56,044 bases of DNA, from NCBI GenBank assembly GCA_050260815.1, contig JBLNCQ010000114.1:1-56044 (forward strand), read 5' to 3'. This stretch comes from Bacillota bacterium. GTDB taxonomy: Bacteria > Bacillota > Sulfobacillia > JAMDAP01. The translations under genes were made by a program, and so were the position numbers. The notes below the pieces were generated by a model. That model made no database searches and had not been told where the DNA came from. It worked only from the letters and a program-made list of their open reading frames with translations. Every line of letters starts with the position of its first letter. Position 1 is the first letter of the stretch. Positions 46,829 to 56,044 of this stretch are shown piece by piece.

Positions 46829-47482
46829 ATGATCGCTCGCAGCCGGCGCTGGTGGTGGGTGCTCTTCTGGGTCAACCTGCTCGGGTCACTGTACGGGTTC
46901 TGGTGGTATCGGGACCAGCTTCTGGCCACCCCGGTGAAGTACTGGCTGATCGTGCCGGACAGTCCGGGAGCAACGCTGCTATTCACGTTCTTCCTGGTCT
47001 TCCTTGTGCTGCGGGGCACCTCTGGGGCTGACCGTGCCCCCGTGCTGCTTTGCGGGTGGGCCGGTGTTCTGGCGGCTCTAGCCTTCGTGTCCAACATGAA
47101 GTACGGCCTGTGGACGGCTACCGTCCTGCCGGATTACGCCTGGCGCGCCGGGAAGGTCACCCCCGATATTATCTACCTGAGCCTTTCCCACCTTGGCATG
47201 TGGGTACAGGCCCTTCTTTTCTCCTGGCACTACCGGCCCAGCCGCGGCGCCTCCCTGGCCACGCTGGGCTGGCTGCTGTTCCAAGACTATGTTGACTACT
47301 GGCTTCTGAACACGCACTCAACCCTGCCGGCCGACTGGATGGTACCCTTCGCCCGCGGCATGGCCCTCCTACTCACGGTCCTCTGGGGCTCCTATCTGCT
47401 CTGGCTGAGCGCTCGGGCGGAACGGCTCCAACAAACCTCCACACCTGCTTCAAACACGTTCCACAAGCGCCGGGTATTCTGA
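46829..47482 (+). CDS. DUF1405-like integral membrane protein
   Basis: WWWVLFWVNLLGSLYGFWWY, VPDSPGATLLF. Starts immediately after the lgt stop. Confidence 0.65.
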   Translation: MIARSRRWWWVLFWVNLLGSLYGFWWYRDQLLATPVKYWLIVPDSPGATLLFTFFLVFLVLRGTSGADRAPVLLCGWAGVLAALAFVSNMKYGLWTATVLPDYAWRAGKVTPDIIYLSLSHLGMWVQALLFSWHYRPSRGASLATLGWLLFQDYVDYWLLNTHSTLPADWMVPFARGMALLLTVLWGSYLLWLSARAERLQQTSTPASNTFHKRRVF

Positions 47483-47527
47483 GGATGTGAACGACCCAGT
47501 GCAATCAGAAGTCGGGAGGAGGCGTCC

Positions 47528-48091
47528 GTGTTGGAGCGCAAGTATCGTTGGTGGATCGTCGCCGGCGCCTTCGCGCTGGTGTTTGCAGGGGGCGCGCTGT
47601 TCTCTCGCTATGCGGCCTCTGCGGCGCCCGGAACGCCCTGGGGCTACGGCGGCTGGACGATGGGGCAGATGCACGCGCAGGTTCATGGCGGAAACCCCGC
47701 ACAGGCATCCCAATGGATGGCGCAGATGCACAACGCCATGTGGCTTGGTTCCAGCGGCTCCGGGACGGACCGCATTCCCCAGGAGCCTGCCCGGCCTGAC
47801 GCCCCGCGCGTGGAGGCCTCCGTGTCAATCAAGGAGTGGAAAATGGAGCCCGCGAGCCTGGCCGTGTCAGCAGGAAGCCGCCTGGTGCTTACCATTCGAA
47901 ACGATGGCGCATCGCCGCACCACTTCGTGATCCCGACCCTGGGCCTTCATATCGAGAACCTCGCCCCCGGCGCCTCCAAGACTGTTGAACTTAACGCGGA
48001 TAAGGCCGGCGCTTACCCCTACTTTTGCGATATCCCCGGCCACGCCCAGCTGGGTCAGCAGGGTACGCTGACCATCACCCAGGCCAACTAG
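47528..48091 (+). CDS. Membrane-anchored cupredoxin (Cupredoxin_1-like) with Met/His-rich segment
   Basis: FCDIPGHAQLGQQGTLTI parallels the FxCxxPGHxxxGMxGxLxV motif, with Gln at the axial position. MGQMHAQVHGG..WMAQMHNAMW. N-terminal TM segment. Confidence 0.7.
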   Translation: MLERKYRWWIVAGAFALVFAGGALFSRYAASAAPGTPWGYGGWTMGQMHAQVHGGNPAQASQWMAQMHNAMWLGSSGSGTDRIPQEPARPDAPRVEASVSIKEWKMEPASLAVSAGSRLVLTIRNDGASPHHFVIPTLGLHIENLAPGASKTVELNADKAGAYPYFCDIPGHAQLGQQGTLTITQAN

Positions 48092-48130
48092 CCGCGCCCC
48101 GCAAACTTCGGCCGCCCCTTGAGTAACGCA

Positions 48131-48167
48131 AGGACCCCTGCTTTCTGAGGCAGGGGTCCTTTCCTCT
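48131..48167 (+). terminator. Terminator after the cupredoxin gene
   Basis: AGGACCCCUGC-uuucugag-GCAGGGGUCCU (11 bp) followed by UUCCUCU. Confidence 0.7.
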
Positions 48168-48277
48168 ACGGATGGGCGTGCGGTGTGGATCCGTTCGAAT
48201 GGGCAAAAACCTCGACACGGCAGTTAACATAACCTCCTACACTCCCATACACTTCTGGCGAAGGGAGGTGCAGGGCA

Positions 48278-48466
48278 GTGTCCACGTTTCGGGGCGAGAT
48301 CATCCCGCTGATCGGGCGCAATGTCACCGTCGCCACGACATGCGGAAGCATCACGGGAAGGCTGGTCAGGGTCGGACTCGACAAGATTGTCGTCCTGACG
48401 TCTGTGAGCAGGTTCATCATCCGCATTGCCGAAATCTGCTGGGTCAGGCGTCCCAGGATCACCTGA
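48278..48466 (+). CDS. Small hypothetical protein (DUF2642/Sm-like pattern)
   Basis: GTG start 7 nt after GGGAGGTG; 62 aa. LIGRNVTVATTCGSITGRLVRVGLDKIVVL resembles the DUF2642 pattern. Lies in a locally lower-GC patch. Confidence 0.45.
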   Translation: MSTFRGEIIPLIGRNVTVATTCGSITGRLVRVGLDKIVVLTSVSRFIIRIAEICWVRRPRIT

Positions 48467-48600
48467 GCCCCAGGGGGCAGGCCTCCTGCCCCTACATCCG
48501 GCTGAAGAATGCGCCCTGCGTGGGTACCGACCTTACCTGGGCTTCCGTGCAGCCAGGCTTATTTCCGGCATGGCGCCCGGTTTGACCTACAGGTCTGCAG

Positions 48601-48632
48601 TGACGAGAAAGGCACCCCGGACGGGGTGCCTT
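48601..48632 (-). terminator. Terminator after gatB
   Basis: AAGGCACCCC-GUCC-GGGGUGCCUU followed by UCUCGUC on the minus strand. Confidence 0.65.
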
Positions 48633-48647
48633 CCTTTCCGGTCTGAG

Positions 48648-50096
48648 CTATCCCAGGGCTCTCCTGAGCAGCTCATTCACCATGCCCGGGTTGGCCTTGC
48701 CGCGCGTGGCCTTCATGACCTGGCCCACCAGGAAGCCCAGGGCGGTCTCCTTGCCGCCGCGGAAGTCGGCGACTGGCTGCGGGTTGGCCGCAATGACATC
48801 GGCGATGACCTTCTCCAGCTCCGACGTGTCGGAAATCTGCACCAGGCCCTTCTCCTTGACGATGACCTCCGGGTCCTTGCCCGTGGCCATCATCTCTTCA
48901 AAGACCGTTTTGGCGATCTTGCCGGAGATGGTCCCCTGGTCGATGAGCTTGAGCGTGTCGGCCAGCTGCTTTGGCGTAATCGGAATCTCGTCGCTCTCGG
49001 CGGCGCGCGCGTTCATGATGCGCAGCAGGTCGCCCAGCACCCAGTTGGCCACCGCCTTGGGGTCCTTCGGGTAGAGGCGGGCTGCCTCTTCGTAAAACGC
49101 GGCCAGGGACAGATCGGACGTCAGGATGCCGGCGTCGACGTCACGCAGGCCGAAGTCGCGGACGTAGCGTGCCTGGCGAGCGTCGGGCAGCTCCGGCAGG
49201 GCGGCGCGGATCCGCTCCACGTACTCGCGGGAGATGTCCAGGGCGGGCAGGTCGGGGTCTGGGAAGTAGCGGTAGTCGTGGGCCTCCTCCTTAGACCTGA
49301 GGGCCACGGTAACGCCCTTCGTCTCGTTCCACTGCCGCGTCTCCTGGAGGATGGAGCCGCCCTCCTCCAGCATCTTGACCTGGCGCTCGGCCTCATACTC
49401 AATGCCGCGCACCACGGCCCGGAAGGAGGAGACGTTCTTCATCTCGGTGCGGGTGCCAAACTCGGTGGAACCGGTGGGCCGCACGGAAACGTTCACGTCG
49501 GCGCGGAGGTTGCCCTCCTCCATCTTGAGGTACGACACGTCGGCATAGGCCAGGATGGTCTTGAGCTTGTTCAGGTAGGCCCGGGCCTCCTCACCGGAGC
49601 GCAGGTCGGGCTCGGAGACGATCTCGATCAGCGGCACGCCGGACCGGTTGAAGTCCACCAGCGATACGTTGGCGTCGCTGGAGAGGCCGCCGTCCTCGCT
49701 GTGCAGCAGCTTGCCGGCGTCCTCCTCCAGGTGGATGCGGCGGATGCGAACGCGCCGCGGCTCGCCGTTGAAAACGAAGTCCACGTAGCCGTGCTCCGCC
49801 AGGGGCAGGTCATACTGGCTGATCTGGTACGCCTTGGGCAGGTCGGGGTAGAAGTAGTTCTTGCGGTCGAACTTGGAGTAGCCGGCAATCTGGCAGTTCA
49901 GAGCCAGGGCGGCTCGAACCGCATAGTCCAGGGCCTGCTGGTTCAGCACGGGCAGGGCCCCGGGCAGCCCGATACAGACTGGACACACCTGGGTGTTGGG
50001 CTCGCCGCCGAACCTGGTGGAGCAGTTGCAGAAGATCTTGCTCTGGGTCTTCAGCTCCACGTGGACCTCCAGGCCAATGATGGTCTCCCAGTTCAC
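48648..50096 (-). CDS. gatB: Asp/Glu-tRNA amidotransferase subunit B
   Basis: [28 protein letters not shown], and a C-terminal GatB/YqeY domain. Confidence 0.95.
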   Translation of the reverse strand: MNWETIIGLEVHVELKTQSKIFCNCSTRFGGEPNTQVCPVCIGLPGALPVLNQQALDYAVRAALALNCQIAGYSKFDRKNYFYPDLPKAYQISQYDLPLAEHGYVDFVFNGEPRRVRIRRIHLEEDAGKLLHSEDGGLSSDANVSLVDFNRSGVPLIEIVSEPDLRSGEEARAYLNKLKTILAYADVSYLKMEEGNLRADVNVSVRPTGSTEFGTRTEMKNVSSFRAVVRGIEYEAERQVKMLEEGGSILQETRQWNETKGVTVALRSKEEAHDYRYFPDPDLPALDISREYVERIRAALPELPDARQARYVRDFGLRDVDAGILTSDLSLAAFYEEAARLYPKDPKAVANWVLGDLLRIMNARAAESDEIPITPKQLADTLKLIDQGTISGKIAKTVFEEMMATGKDPEVIVKEKGLVQISDTSELEKVIADVIAANPQPVADFRGGKETALGFLVGQVMKATRGKANPGMVNELLRRALG

Positions 50097-51625
50097 GCGC
50101 GAGCACCCCCTTTCCCGTCCAGGGCGGGCGTCTGCTTGTGATAGTCCGTTGCCTGCTGGAAGGCGTGACCCACGCGCAGGACGGTCTCCTCGTCGAAGGC
50201 CTTGCCGATGATCTGCAGACCGATCGGCAGCCGCAGCCCGTCACCGGTGGCTGGGCCGCCGCCAGTCACGCCGGCGGCCGGCTCGGGCGCGGCGAACCCG
50301 CAGGGGAGGGACATGCCGGGCAGCCCGGCCAGGTTGACCGGGATGGTGCAGACGTCCTCCAGGTACATGGCCAGCGGGTCCGTCTTCTGGCCAATGCCGA
50401 AGGCAACCGAGGGGGCCGTCGGGGTGACCAGCACGTCAAAGCGCCGGAACGCCTCCTCGAAGTCCTTGTTGACCAGGGTACGGACCTTCTGGGCCTTCAG
50501 GTAGTAGGCATCGTAATAGCCGGAGCTGAGGGCGTAGGTCCCCAGCATGATGCGCCGCTTCACTTCCGGGCCGAAGCCCTCTTCGCGGGTGCGGCTGAAC
50601 ATGTCCACCAGGTCGCTGTAGCCGGCGGCGCGGACGCCATAGCGGACGCCGTCGTAGCGGGCCAGGTTGGAGGATGCCTCGGCCGGGGCGATGATGTAGT
50701 AGGCGGACAGGGCGTATTCGGTGTGGGGCATGGAGACCTCCTCGGCCTCCGAGCCCAACCCCACCAGGACCTCGATGGCTCGCAGCACCGCCTCCCGGAC
50801 CGCCGGGCTGATGCCCGCGCCCAGGTACTCGCGCGGGATGCCGACCTTCAGGCCCTTCACGCCGCGGTCCAGTCCCGCGGTGAAATCGGGGACGGGCACC
50901 GGCGCCGACGTGGAGTCCAGACGGTCATGTCCGGCAATGGCTGACAGGGCCAGGGCCACGTCCTCCACCGTGCGTGCGAAGGGGCCAATCTGGTCGAGGG
51001 ACGAGGCGAAGGCCACCAGCCCATAACGCGAGACCCGGCCGTAGGTGGGCTTCAGCCCCGTCACACCGCAGAGGGCTGCCGGCTGGCGGATGGAACCGCC
51101 GGTGTCGGAACCCAGGGCCATGACCGCCTCGCCCGCCGCCACAGCTGCGGCGGAACCGCCGCTGGAACCGCCGGGCACGCGGGAAGTGTCCCAGGGGTTG
51201 TTCGTGGTAAAGAAACCGGAGTTCTCCGTGGAAGAGCCCATGGCGAACTCGTCCAGGTTGGTCTTGCCCACCATCACCGCCCCGGCGGCGTTCAGCCGGT
51301 CCACGGCCGTGGCGTCGTAGGGCGGGATGTAGTTGGCCAGGATCTTGGACGAGCAGGTCGTCCGCACCCCCACGGTGTTCATGTTGTCCTTGATGGCCAC
51401 GGGAATGCCGGCCAGGGGCGGCAGTGCCTCGCCTGTGGCGCGGCGGCGGTCCACCGCCTCCGCCTGGTCCAGAGCCAGGTCCGGTGTACGAGTGACGAAA
51501 GCCTTGACCCTGTCCTCCACCTGATCGGCCCGCTCCAGGACCGCGCGCGTCAACTCAACGGCGCTGACCTCGCGGCGGCTGAGCATCCCGGCCAGTTCTT
51601 TCGCCGACTTGTAGTGCAGTGCCAT
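50093..51625 (-). CDS. gatA: Asp/Glu-tRNA amidotransferase subunit A
   Basis: Amidase signature [14 protein letters not shown], and [15 protein letters not shown]. Confidence 0.95.
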   Translation of the reverse strand: MALHYKSAKELAGMLSRREVSAVELTRAVLERADQVEDRVKAFVTRTPDLALDQAEAVDRRRATGEALPPLAGIPVAIKDNMNTVGVRTTCSSKILANYIPPYDATAVDRLNAAGAVMVGKTNLDEFAMGSSTENSGFFTTNNPWDTSRVPGGSSGGSAAAVAAGEAVMALGSDTGGSIRQPAALCGVTGLKPTYGRVSRYGLVAFASSLDQIGPFARTVEDVALALSAIAGHDRLDSTSAPVPVPDFTAGLDRGVKGLKVGIPREYLGAGISPAVREAVLRAIEVLVGLGSEAEEVSMPHTEYALSAYYIIAPAEASSNLARYDGVRYGVRAAGYSDLVDMFSRTREEGFGPEVKRRIMLGTYALSSGYYDAYYLKAQKVRTLVNKDFEEAFRRFDVLVTPTAPSVAFGIGQKTDPLAMYLEDVCTIPVNLAGLPGMSLPCGFAAPEPAAGVTGGGPATGDGLRLPIGLQIIGKAFDEETVLRVGHAFQQATDYHKQTPALDGKGGARA

Positions 51626-51637
51626 ATCCTTCTCCCC

Positions 51638-51928
51638 CTACTCCACCGTCTTGGGCACAGCGAAGCACCCCGACTGCTGGGAGGGGGCGTTCTGCAGGGC
51701 GCGGTCGCGGTCGAGGCCGTGGATGACCTCGTCCTTGCGGGTGACGTTCTTGAGGGAGGCCAGCACGTGGAAGGTGGGCTGAACCCCGTCGGTCTTCAAT
51801 TCGTTGAGCTTGTCCACGTGGCCGAGGATGGAGTTGAGCTCGCGGGTCATCTTCTCCCGCTCCTCCTCGGTCAGGGACAGCCGGGCCAGGTCGGCGACGT
51901 GGTCGACGTCCTCGCGCCTGATCTGCAT
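51638..51928 (-). CDS. gatC: Asp/Glu-tRNA amidotransferase subunit C
   Basis: MQIRREDVDHVADLARLSLTEEE.. is a typical GatC. ATG 51928 (track ORF trimmed). Confidence 0.9.
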   Translation of the reverse strand: MQIRREDVDHVADLARLSLTEEEREKMTRELNSILGHVDKLNELKTDGVQPTFHVLASLKNVTRKDEVIHGLDRDRALQNAPSQQSGCFAVPKTVE

Positions 51929-52089
51929 GGGCAGGACCCCCTTGTCTCTCGAAACACTGGAAATAAGTATAGCATAGGGCCTGTCCCGGGGCCAAAAGCG
52001 TTGGCCCATCCTTACTCATTCAAGCCTCCTCTCAGGCAAACGCTATCTCGGGACCACTTGCCTGAGGGGGCCAGTGACAGGGAACCCGA

Positions 52090-52566
52090 TTGTTTCCTAA
52101 TAAAGGAGGTACGTCAGTCTTGGCCTCATCCGCACAGCGCCGGATCATCCGCACCTGGGACGTTCACTACAAGAGCCCGGGCGGGCCGCACATTCGCCAG
52201 GCCTTTGTTCTAGAACCAGGGCATTGGGAGGAGTTCGACCCCTTCTTGCTGCTGGCCGAAGACTGGTTTCAGAGAGGAACCTTTGACAGCCACCCGCACC
52301 GCGGCATCGAGACGGTCACCATCGTGCTGGAGGGGCATCTGGAACACCGTGACAACCACGGCGGCCACGGCCTCCTGGGACCGGGAGACGTGCAATGGAT
52401 GACGGCCGGACGGGGCGTCATCCACGCTGAAGAGCCGGTGGCGGGCGAAACGGTGCACAGCCTTCAGCTTTGGGTGAACCTTCCCCGGGCCCGCAAGATG
52501 ACGGAGCCCCGCTACCAGGACCTGGGCCGCGAGGAGCCGATTACCGTGCTGGGAAGTTCTAGGTAG
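52090..52566 (+). CDS. Pirin-family cupin, N-terminal domain only (possible truncated remnant)
   Basis: DSHPHRGIETVTIVLEG, HSLQLWVNLP..KMTEPRYQDL. The ORF stops where full-length pirins continue into a second cupin domain. The likely real start is TTG 52120, after AAAGGAGG. Confidence 0.6.
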   Translation: MFPNKGGTSVLASSAQRRIIRTWDVHYKSPGGPHIRQAFVLEPGHWEEFDPFLLLAEDWFQRGTFDSHPHRGIETVTIVLEGHLEHRDNHGGHGLLGPGDVQWMTAGRGVIHAEEPVAGETVHSLQLWVNLPRARKMTEPRYQDLGREEPITVLGSSR

Positions 52567-52681
52567 TCCAGTTGTTGGCCAACCAGGGTGATTCCTCCGC
52601 CAGGTGATTTCCGCAGGAACGGTTGTGAATTGAATAGAATCTACGCTTGTCGGTCCTTCAGGGTCTGAGGAGGCCGGCAGG

Positions 52682-54163
52682 GTGGTGATGGCGGTTAGCG
52701 CCTGGTTGACTCAGAACATGCTTGTGGTCCGTTTTGTCTACGGTTTGTCGTTCTTCACGCTGGGCTTGGTGGTCAGCCTGCAGCAGGCGCGCCGCAGCCG
52801 CTATAGCCTGGCGTCGGGGCTGTGGGCCCTGGCAGCGTTTGCTTTTCTGCACGCCTTTGCCGACTGGGGCCTGGTGTTCATTCCATTGCGGGCCCAACCA
52901 CAACACTCACCCGCTGTGGCCGCCCTCTGGGGCTTTCGGACCATGGTGGCTGCCGTCTCCTTCGGCTTCCTGATGTACTTTGGCGCCTCGCTCCTTGCTG
53001 CGGGAGCGCCCAGGCGCCTGTCCCTCGTGGCAAGAGCGGCAGCGCCCCTGCTGACGGGCGCGTGGCTGTTGGCCTTCTTTGCCTACCCGCTCATCGACAA
53101 GGGGGCCGGCGTACGCGGCTGGTACCTGGTGTCTGAGGTCTGGTCACGCTACCTGCTGGGCCTTCCTGCGTCCCTGGCGGTCGCGGCCGGCTTGCTGCGA
53201 CAGACCGCCGAACTGCGCCGCGACCAGCTCTTCGCCCAGGTTCACAGCCTCCGCACCAGTGCGGCCTTCTTCGCCCTCTACGGTGCCGCGGCCGGACTCG
53301 TTGTGCCTGCCCAGGGATTCTGGCCCGCCTCCGTGCTGAACACGGAGGTCTTCGTCCGCCTTATAGGCGTTCCCATCGAGCTGTTCCGGGCCGCAGCAGC
53401 CATCGGCACGGCCTACTACACATCCCTGCTCATGGGCATCTTCCGAATCGAGACGACCCGCCGGCTCACCACTGCCGAACAGGAGAAGGCCGTCTATCAG
53501 GACCGAGAGCGAATCGCCCGAGACCTCCACGACGGAGTGCTGCAAACACTCTACGGTGTGGGCCTGGGGCTTCGATGGATACGCGACCGGCTGCCCCAGG
53601 GCTCAGAGGAACTTCAGCCTAAGTTGGACGACCTTGCAGCCCAACTGGGAGGCGCCGTCCAGGATCTCAGGCACTCCATCCTCGGCCTGAGGGAAAAATC
53701 GGTGCCTATGGCCGACCTGCGGTCCTCATTCCGTGAGGTGGCAGAACAGGTGGCCCGTCTGGCGCACCTCACCGTTCACCTGGAGACGGAGGGGCTGGAC
53801 CCGGACAACAACGGCGAGCGCCTGGTCCCGGCTGCCTACCGCGATCACCTTCTGGCCCTTCTGCGAGAGGGGCTGTCCAACGCGGCTCGCCACTCCGGTA
53901 CCGATGCGGTGCAGGTCATGCTGGCCCTGGAGGACGACACGCTGATAGTGCGCGTTGTCGACCAGGGCGCCGGTTTCGACCCCACAGCGGTGCTGCATGG
54001 TGAAGGCGTTGGACCGGAAGTGCACCACGGATTGCGTAACATGCGTGCCCGCACGGAGCAATTGGGCGGCTCCTTCCGGGTGGACAGCGAGCCCGGGAAG
54101 GGCACGCGTCTCCTCTTTCAAATTCCCGTGCCGGCCCTGGGGCAGGAGGACGTTGAGCCATGA
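52682..54163 (+). CDS. Sensor histidine kinase (HisKA_3/NarX-DegS type) with polytopic N-terminal domain
   Basis: RERIARDLHDGVLQ H-box, LREGLSNAARHSG N-box, GHGLRNMRAR, and about 6-7 N-terminal TM helices. Confidence 0.85.
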   Translation: MVMAVSAWLTQNMLVVRFVYGLSFFTLGLVVSLQQARRSRYSLASGLWALAAFAFLHAFADWGLVFIPLRAQPQHSPAVAALWGFRTMVAAVSFGFLMYFGASLLAAGAPRRLSLVARAAAPLLTGAWLLAFFAYPLIDKGAGVRGWYLVSEVWSRYLLGLPASLAVAAGLLRQTAELRRDQLFAQVHSLRTSAAFFALYGAAAGLVVPAQGFWPASVLNTEVFVRLIGVPIELFRAAAAIGTAYYTSLLMGIFRIETTRRLTTAEQEKAVYQDRERIARDLHDGVLQTLYGVGLGLRWIRDRLPQGSEELQPKLDDLAAQLGGAVQDLRHSILGLREKSVPMADLRSSFREVAEQVARLAHLTVHLETEGLDPDNNGERLVPAAYRDHLLALLREGLSNAARHSGTDAVQVMLALEDDTLIVRVVDQGAGFDPTAVLHGEGVGPEVHHGLRNMRARTEQLGGSFRVDSEPGKGTRLLFQIPVPALGQEDVEP

Positions 54164-54855
54164 CAGACACGGTGCACCGGGTCCTGGTGGCAGACGACCA
54201 CAGCGTGGTTCGCCGGGGAATTGTAGCGTTGCTTTCCCAGCGTCACGACATAGTGGTAGTAGGCGAGGCGGCCGATGGCCTGGAAGCGGTCCGGCTGGCG
54301 TCGGACCTCAAGCCGGATGTGGCCATCCTGGACGTCCGCATGCCTGGTCTGGGCGGCGTGGAGGCATGCACCAGGATTCTCCAGGCCTCCCCCAACACGC
54401 GGGTCGTCTTCTTTACCTCCTTCCCCGACGAGGAAGCCCTGGTGGGCGCGATGCTGGCAGGCGCCAGGGGGTTTGTGCTCAAGAATCTGCCGGACGACAG
54501 CCTGGTGGAGGCTATCCGGGCCGTGGCCCGGGGGGAGTCGGTACTGGACCCGTCACTGGGGGCTGCGGTAGCCGCCGGCATGAAACGACTGGCGGCGGGG
54601 ACGCCGGTTGTGGGAGGACCCGACGGCATCCGACACAAGGCCTCCGGCACACCGGCGCTGCCCCTGACGGAGGTCGACCTGGCCCTCCTCCGCTTCATCG
54701 CCGAAGGCAGGACGAACCGGGAAATCGCGGAGGTCATGAACTTCACGGAGAAGACCATTCGCAACTACGTCAGCGCGCTGCTCGCCAAGCTGGGACTGCG
54801 CAACCGCGCTGAGGCCGCCGCTTACGCCGTGGCGCATGGCCTGGTGAAAGGCTAG
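54160..54855 (+). CDS. NarL/LuxR-family response regulator
   Basis: VLVADDHSVVRRG, DVAILDVRMPG, C-terminal LuxR HTH GRTNREIAEVMNFTEKTIRNYVSALLAKLG. ATGA overlap with the kinase gene. Confidence 0.9.
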   Translation: MTDTVHRVLVADDHSVVRRGIVALLSQRHDIVVVGEAADGLEAVRLASDLKPDVAILDVRMPGLGGVEACTRILQASPNTRVVFFTSFPDEEALVGAMLAGARGFVLKNLPDDSLVEAIRAVARGESVLDPSLGAAVAAGMKRLAAGTPVVGGPDGIRHKASGTPALPLTEVDLALLRFIAEGRTNREIAEVMNFTEKTIRNYVSALLAKLGLRNRAEAAAYAVAHGLVKG

Positions 54856-54882
54856 GAATCACGCCCTTCGTAAGATGGGCAC

Positions 54883-54937
54883 ATGTCCCTGGGGGCAAGG
54901 CGCCTTCAGGGACATTTGTCATGTTCAGAAGGGACAT
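54883..54937. promoter_or_regulatory. Three copies of the octamer AGGGACAT (one inverted, two direct) upstream of the next operon
   Basis: ATGTCCCT (54883-54890), AGGGACAT (54908-54915), AGGGACAT (54930-54937). The direct copies are 22 bp apart. A possible -10 TAGAAT lies at 54991-54996 without a good -35. Confidence 0.4.
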
Positions 54938-55060
54938 CCTAGTAGCCAAAGTGATGGCGTTCGACAATAGGCTTCCTCTTGCCAGTTTTCTAGAATAAAG
55001 ACGCAAGGCAGGCCTGCCGAAGCGATCGAACCTACATCCTTCCTACAGGAGGAAGCCCTC

Positions 55061-55573
55061 ATGTCGGTTTCCGTAAGGGATGCGTGGACGCTGATTCATG
55101 GCATGACGTTCGGTGCCCTCTTCCTGCTGGCCTATGCCGGCGGCATTGCAGAACTCATCAGCCTTCGCTACGAAGACATCAACAGCGCTTCCGCCGCGCA
55201 GCGCGTCAAGCGACTAAAGCTCGGAACCACCGTGATGGCCATCGTGGCCTGGCTGACCGTCATCAGCGGCACCTGGATTCCGTACGTTTGGTACCGCGCC
55301 AAGATCCCAACCAGCCCCAGGTCCATCCTGCTCTCCGACCCCTCCACCGCCGCCTGGCATACCTTCGGCATGGAGTGGAAGGAGCATGTCGCCTGGATTG
55401 CCCCGATTCTGGCCACGGTGGTCGCCTACCTCGTCTACTACTTCGGGCGTCGCCTGATCCGTGAGGAGAAGGTTCGGCAGATCGCCATGGTCATGTACAA
55501 CCTGGCCTTCGTGACCGCCGCCGTGGCCGGCCTCTTCGGCGCCCTCATCACCAAGGCCGCTCCCATCAAGTAG
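55061..55573 (+). CDS. Hypothetical 4-TM membrane protein
   Basis: ATG preceded by CAGGAGGAAG; hydrophobic segments. No family recognised. Confidence 0.55.
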   Translation: MSVSVRDAWTLIHGMTFGALFLLAYAGGIAELISLRYEDINSASAAQRVKRLKLGTTVMAIVAWLTVISGTWIPYVWYRAKIPTSPRSILLSDPSTAAWHTFGMEWKEHVAWIAPILATVVAYLVYYFGRRLIREEKVRQIAMVMYNLAFVTAAVAGLFGALITKAAPIK

Positions 55574-55606
55574 GGCTGCCCACAAGGCAAAGGAGGACTG
55601 CGCAAC

Positions 55607-55972
55607 ATGTCGTCCGTGACGAAGGAAACGATCCCCTACGATGCCCAGACGGAATCGGCGCCGGTTCCCATGGGCCCGGCTTCGGCGGCGATTCTGGCTG
55701 GAGGCATCGGCACCGCCTGGTACGGCCTGATGGTTCTGCTGGCTGCGGCCAGCAAGGGTATGGCCAGCCTGCTCACCTTCTACACGCCCGTCGGCCCGCT
55801 GTCCGGCAAGACCACCGTAGGCGTGGCTGGATTCCTTTTGGCCTGGCTTGTCCTGGACAGCCTGTGGAAGGACAAGGATATCAAGGTGAGCAAGGTCTGG
55901 CCCGTCACCCTCGCCCTGGTTGCCGTGGGCCTGCTGTTCACCTTCCCTCCCTTCTTCGAGGCCTTCGAGTAA
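55607..55972 (+). CDS. Hypothetical 3-TM membrane protein
   Basis: ATG preceded by AAAGGAGGA; hydrophobic segments. No family recognised. Confidence 0.5.
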   Translation: MSSVTKETIPYDAQTESAPVPMGPASAAILAGGIGTAWYGLMVLLAAASKGMASLLTFYTPVGPLSGKTTVGVAGFLLAWLVLDSLWKDKDIKVSKVWPVTLALVAVGLLFTFPPFFEAFE

Positions 55973-56015
55973 TGGGAGAGACCCATCGCGGGTCCGGACC
56001 CTTCCCAGCCACCGA

Positions 56016-56044
56016 GCGCCCGCCGAGAAACCGGCGGGCGCTTC
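56016..56044 (+). terminator. Terminator hairpin at the window edge
   Basis: GCGCCCGCCG-agaaac-CGGCGGGCGC followed by UUC, then the window ends. Confidence 0.5.

Overview
High-GC (about 70%) bacterial chromosome segment with Gram-positive-type features: strong GGAGG ribosome-binding sites (RBS), GatCAB, Lgt, CsoR/CopZ/CopA and HutP. This suggests a Symbiobacterium/Limnochordia-like Firmicute, which is an inference. Nearly everything is coding, mostly on the minus strand. Left to right: (1) a branched-chain amino acid operon ilvH-ilvC-leuA-leuC-leuD-leuB-ilvD-ilvB behind a ykkC-family (ppGpp-type) riboswitch-like leader; (2) thrC-thrB; (3) a DoxX-like gene; (4) a 9.4-kb operon joining a triheme cytochrome c, a split YeeE/YedE permease, a TAT-exported Psr/Phs-type molybdoenzyme (A/B/NrfD), a Rieske/cytochrome b complex and a multiheme cytochrome c; (5) an HD hydrolase, a BCP peroxiredoxin, ldh, a peptidase and small housekeeping genes; (6) a PF04392-type ABC importer behind a HutP-like gene and a terminator leader; (7) split chrA; (8) a lower-GC islet with an ABC-type ATPase plus a TOPRIM-like protein next to a NYN protein; (9) rlmD, a DMT transporter and ldcA; (10) a copA-csoR-copZ and arsR-merA metal cluster; (11) cell-envelope genes, a cupredoxin, gatCAB, a pirin fragment and a two-component system with two membrane proteins. 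Most notable are two genes carrying an in-frame TGA exactly at a conserved Cys codon (BCP peroxiredoxin and a YeeE/YedE half-permease), which suggests selenocysteine recoding; the composite respiratory operon; the candidate defence islet; and the two RNA-leader control systems. All calls rest on my own translation and remembered family motifs; no database search was possible. Non-CDS coordinates may be off by 1-2 nt.
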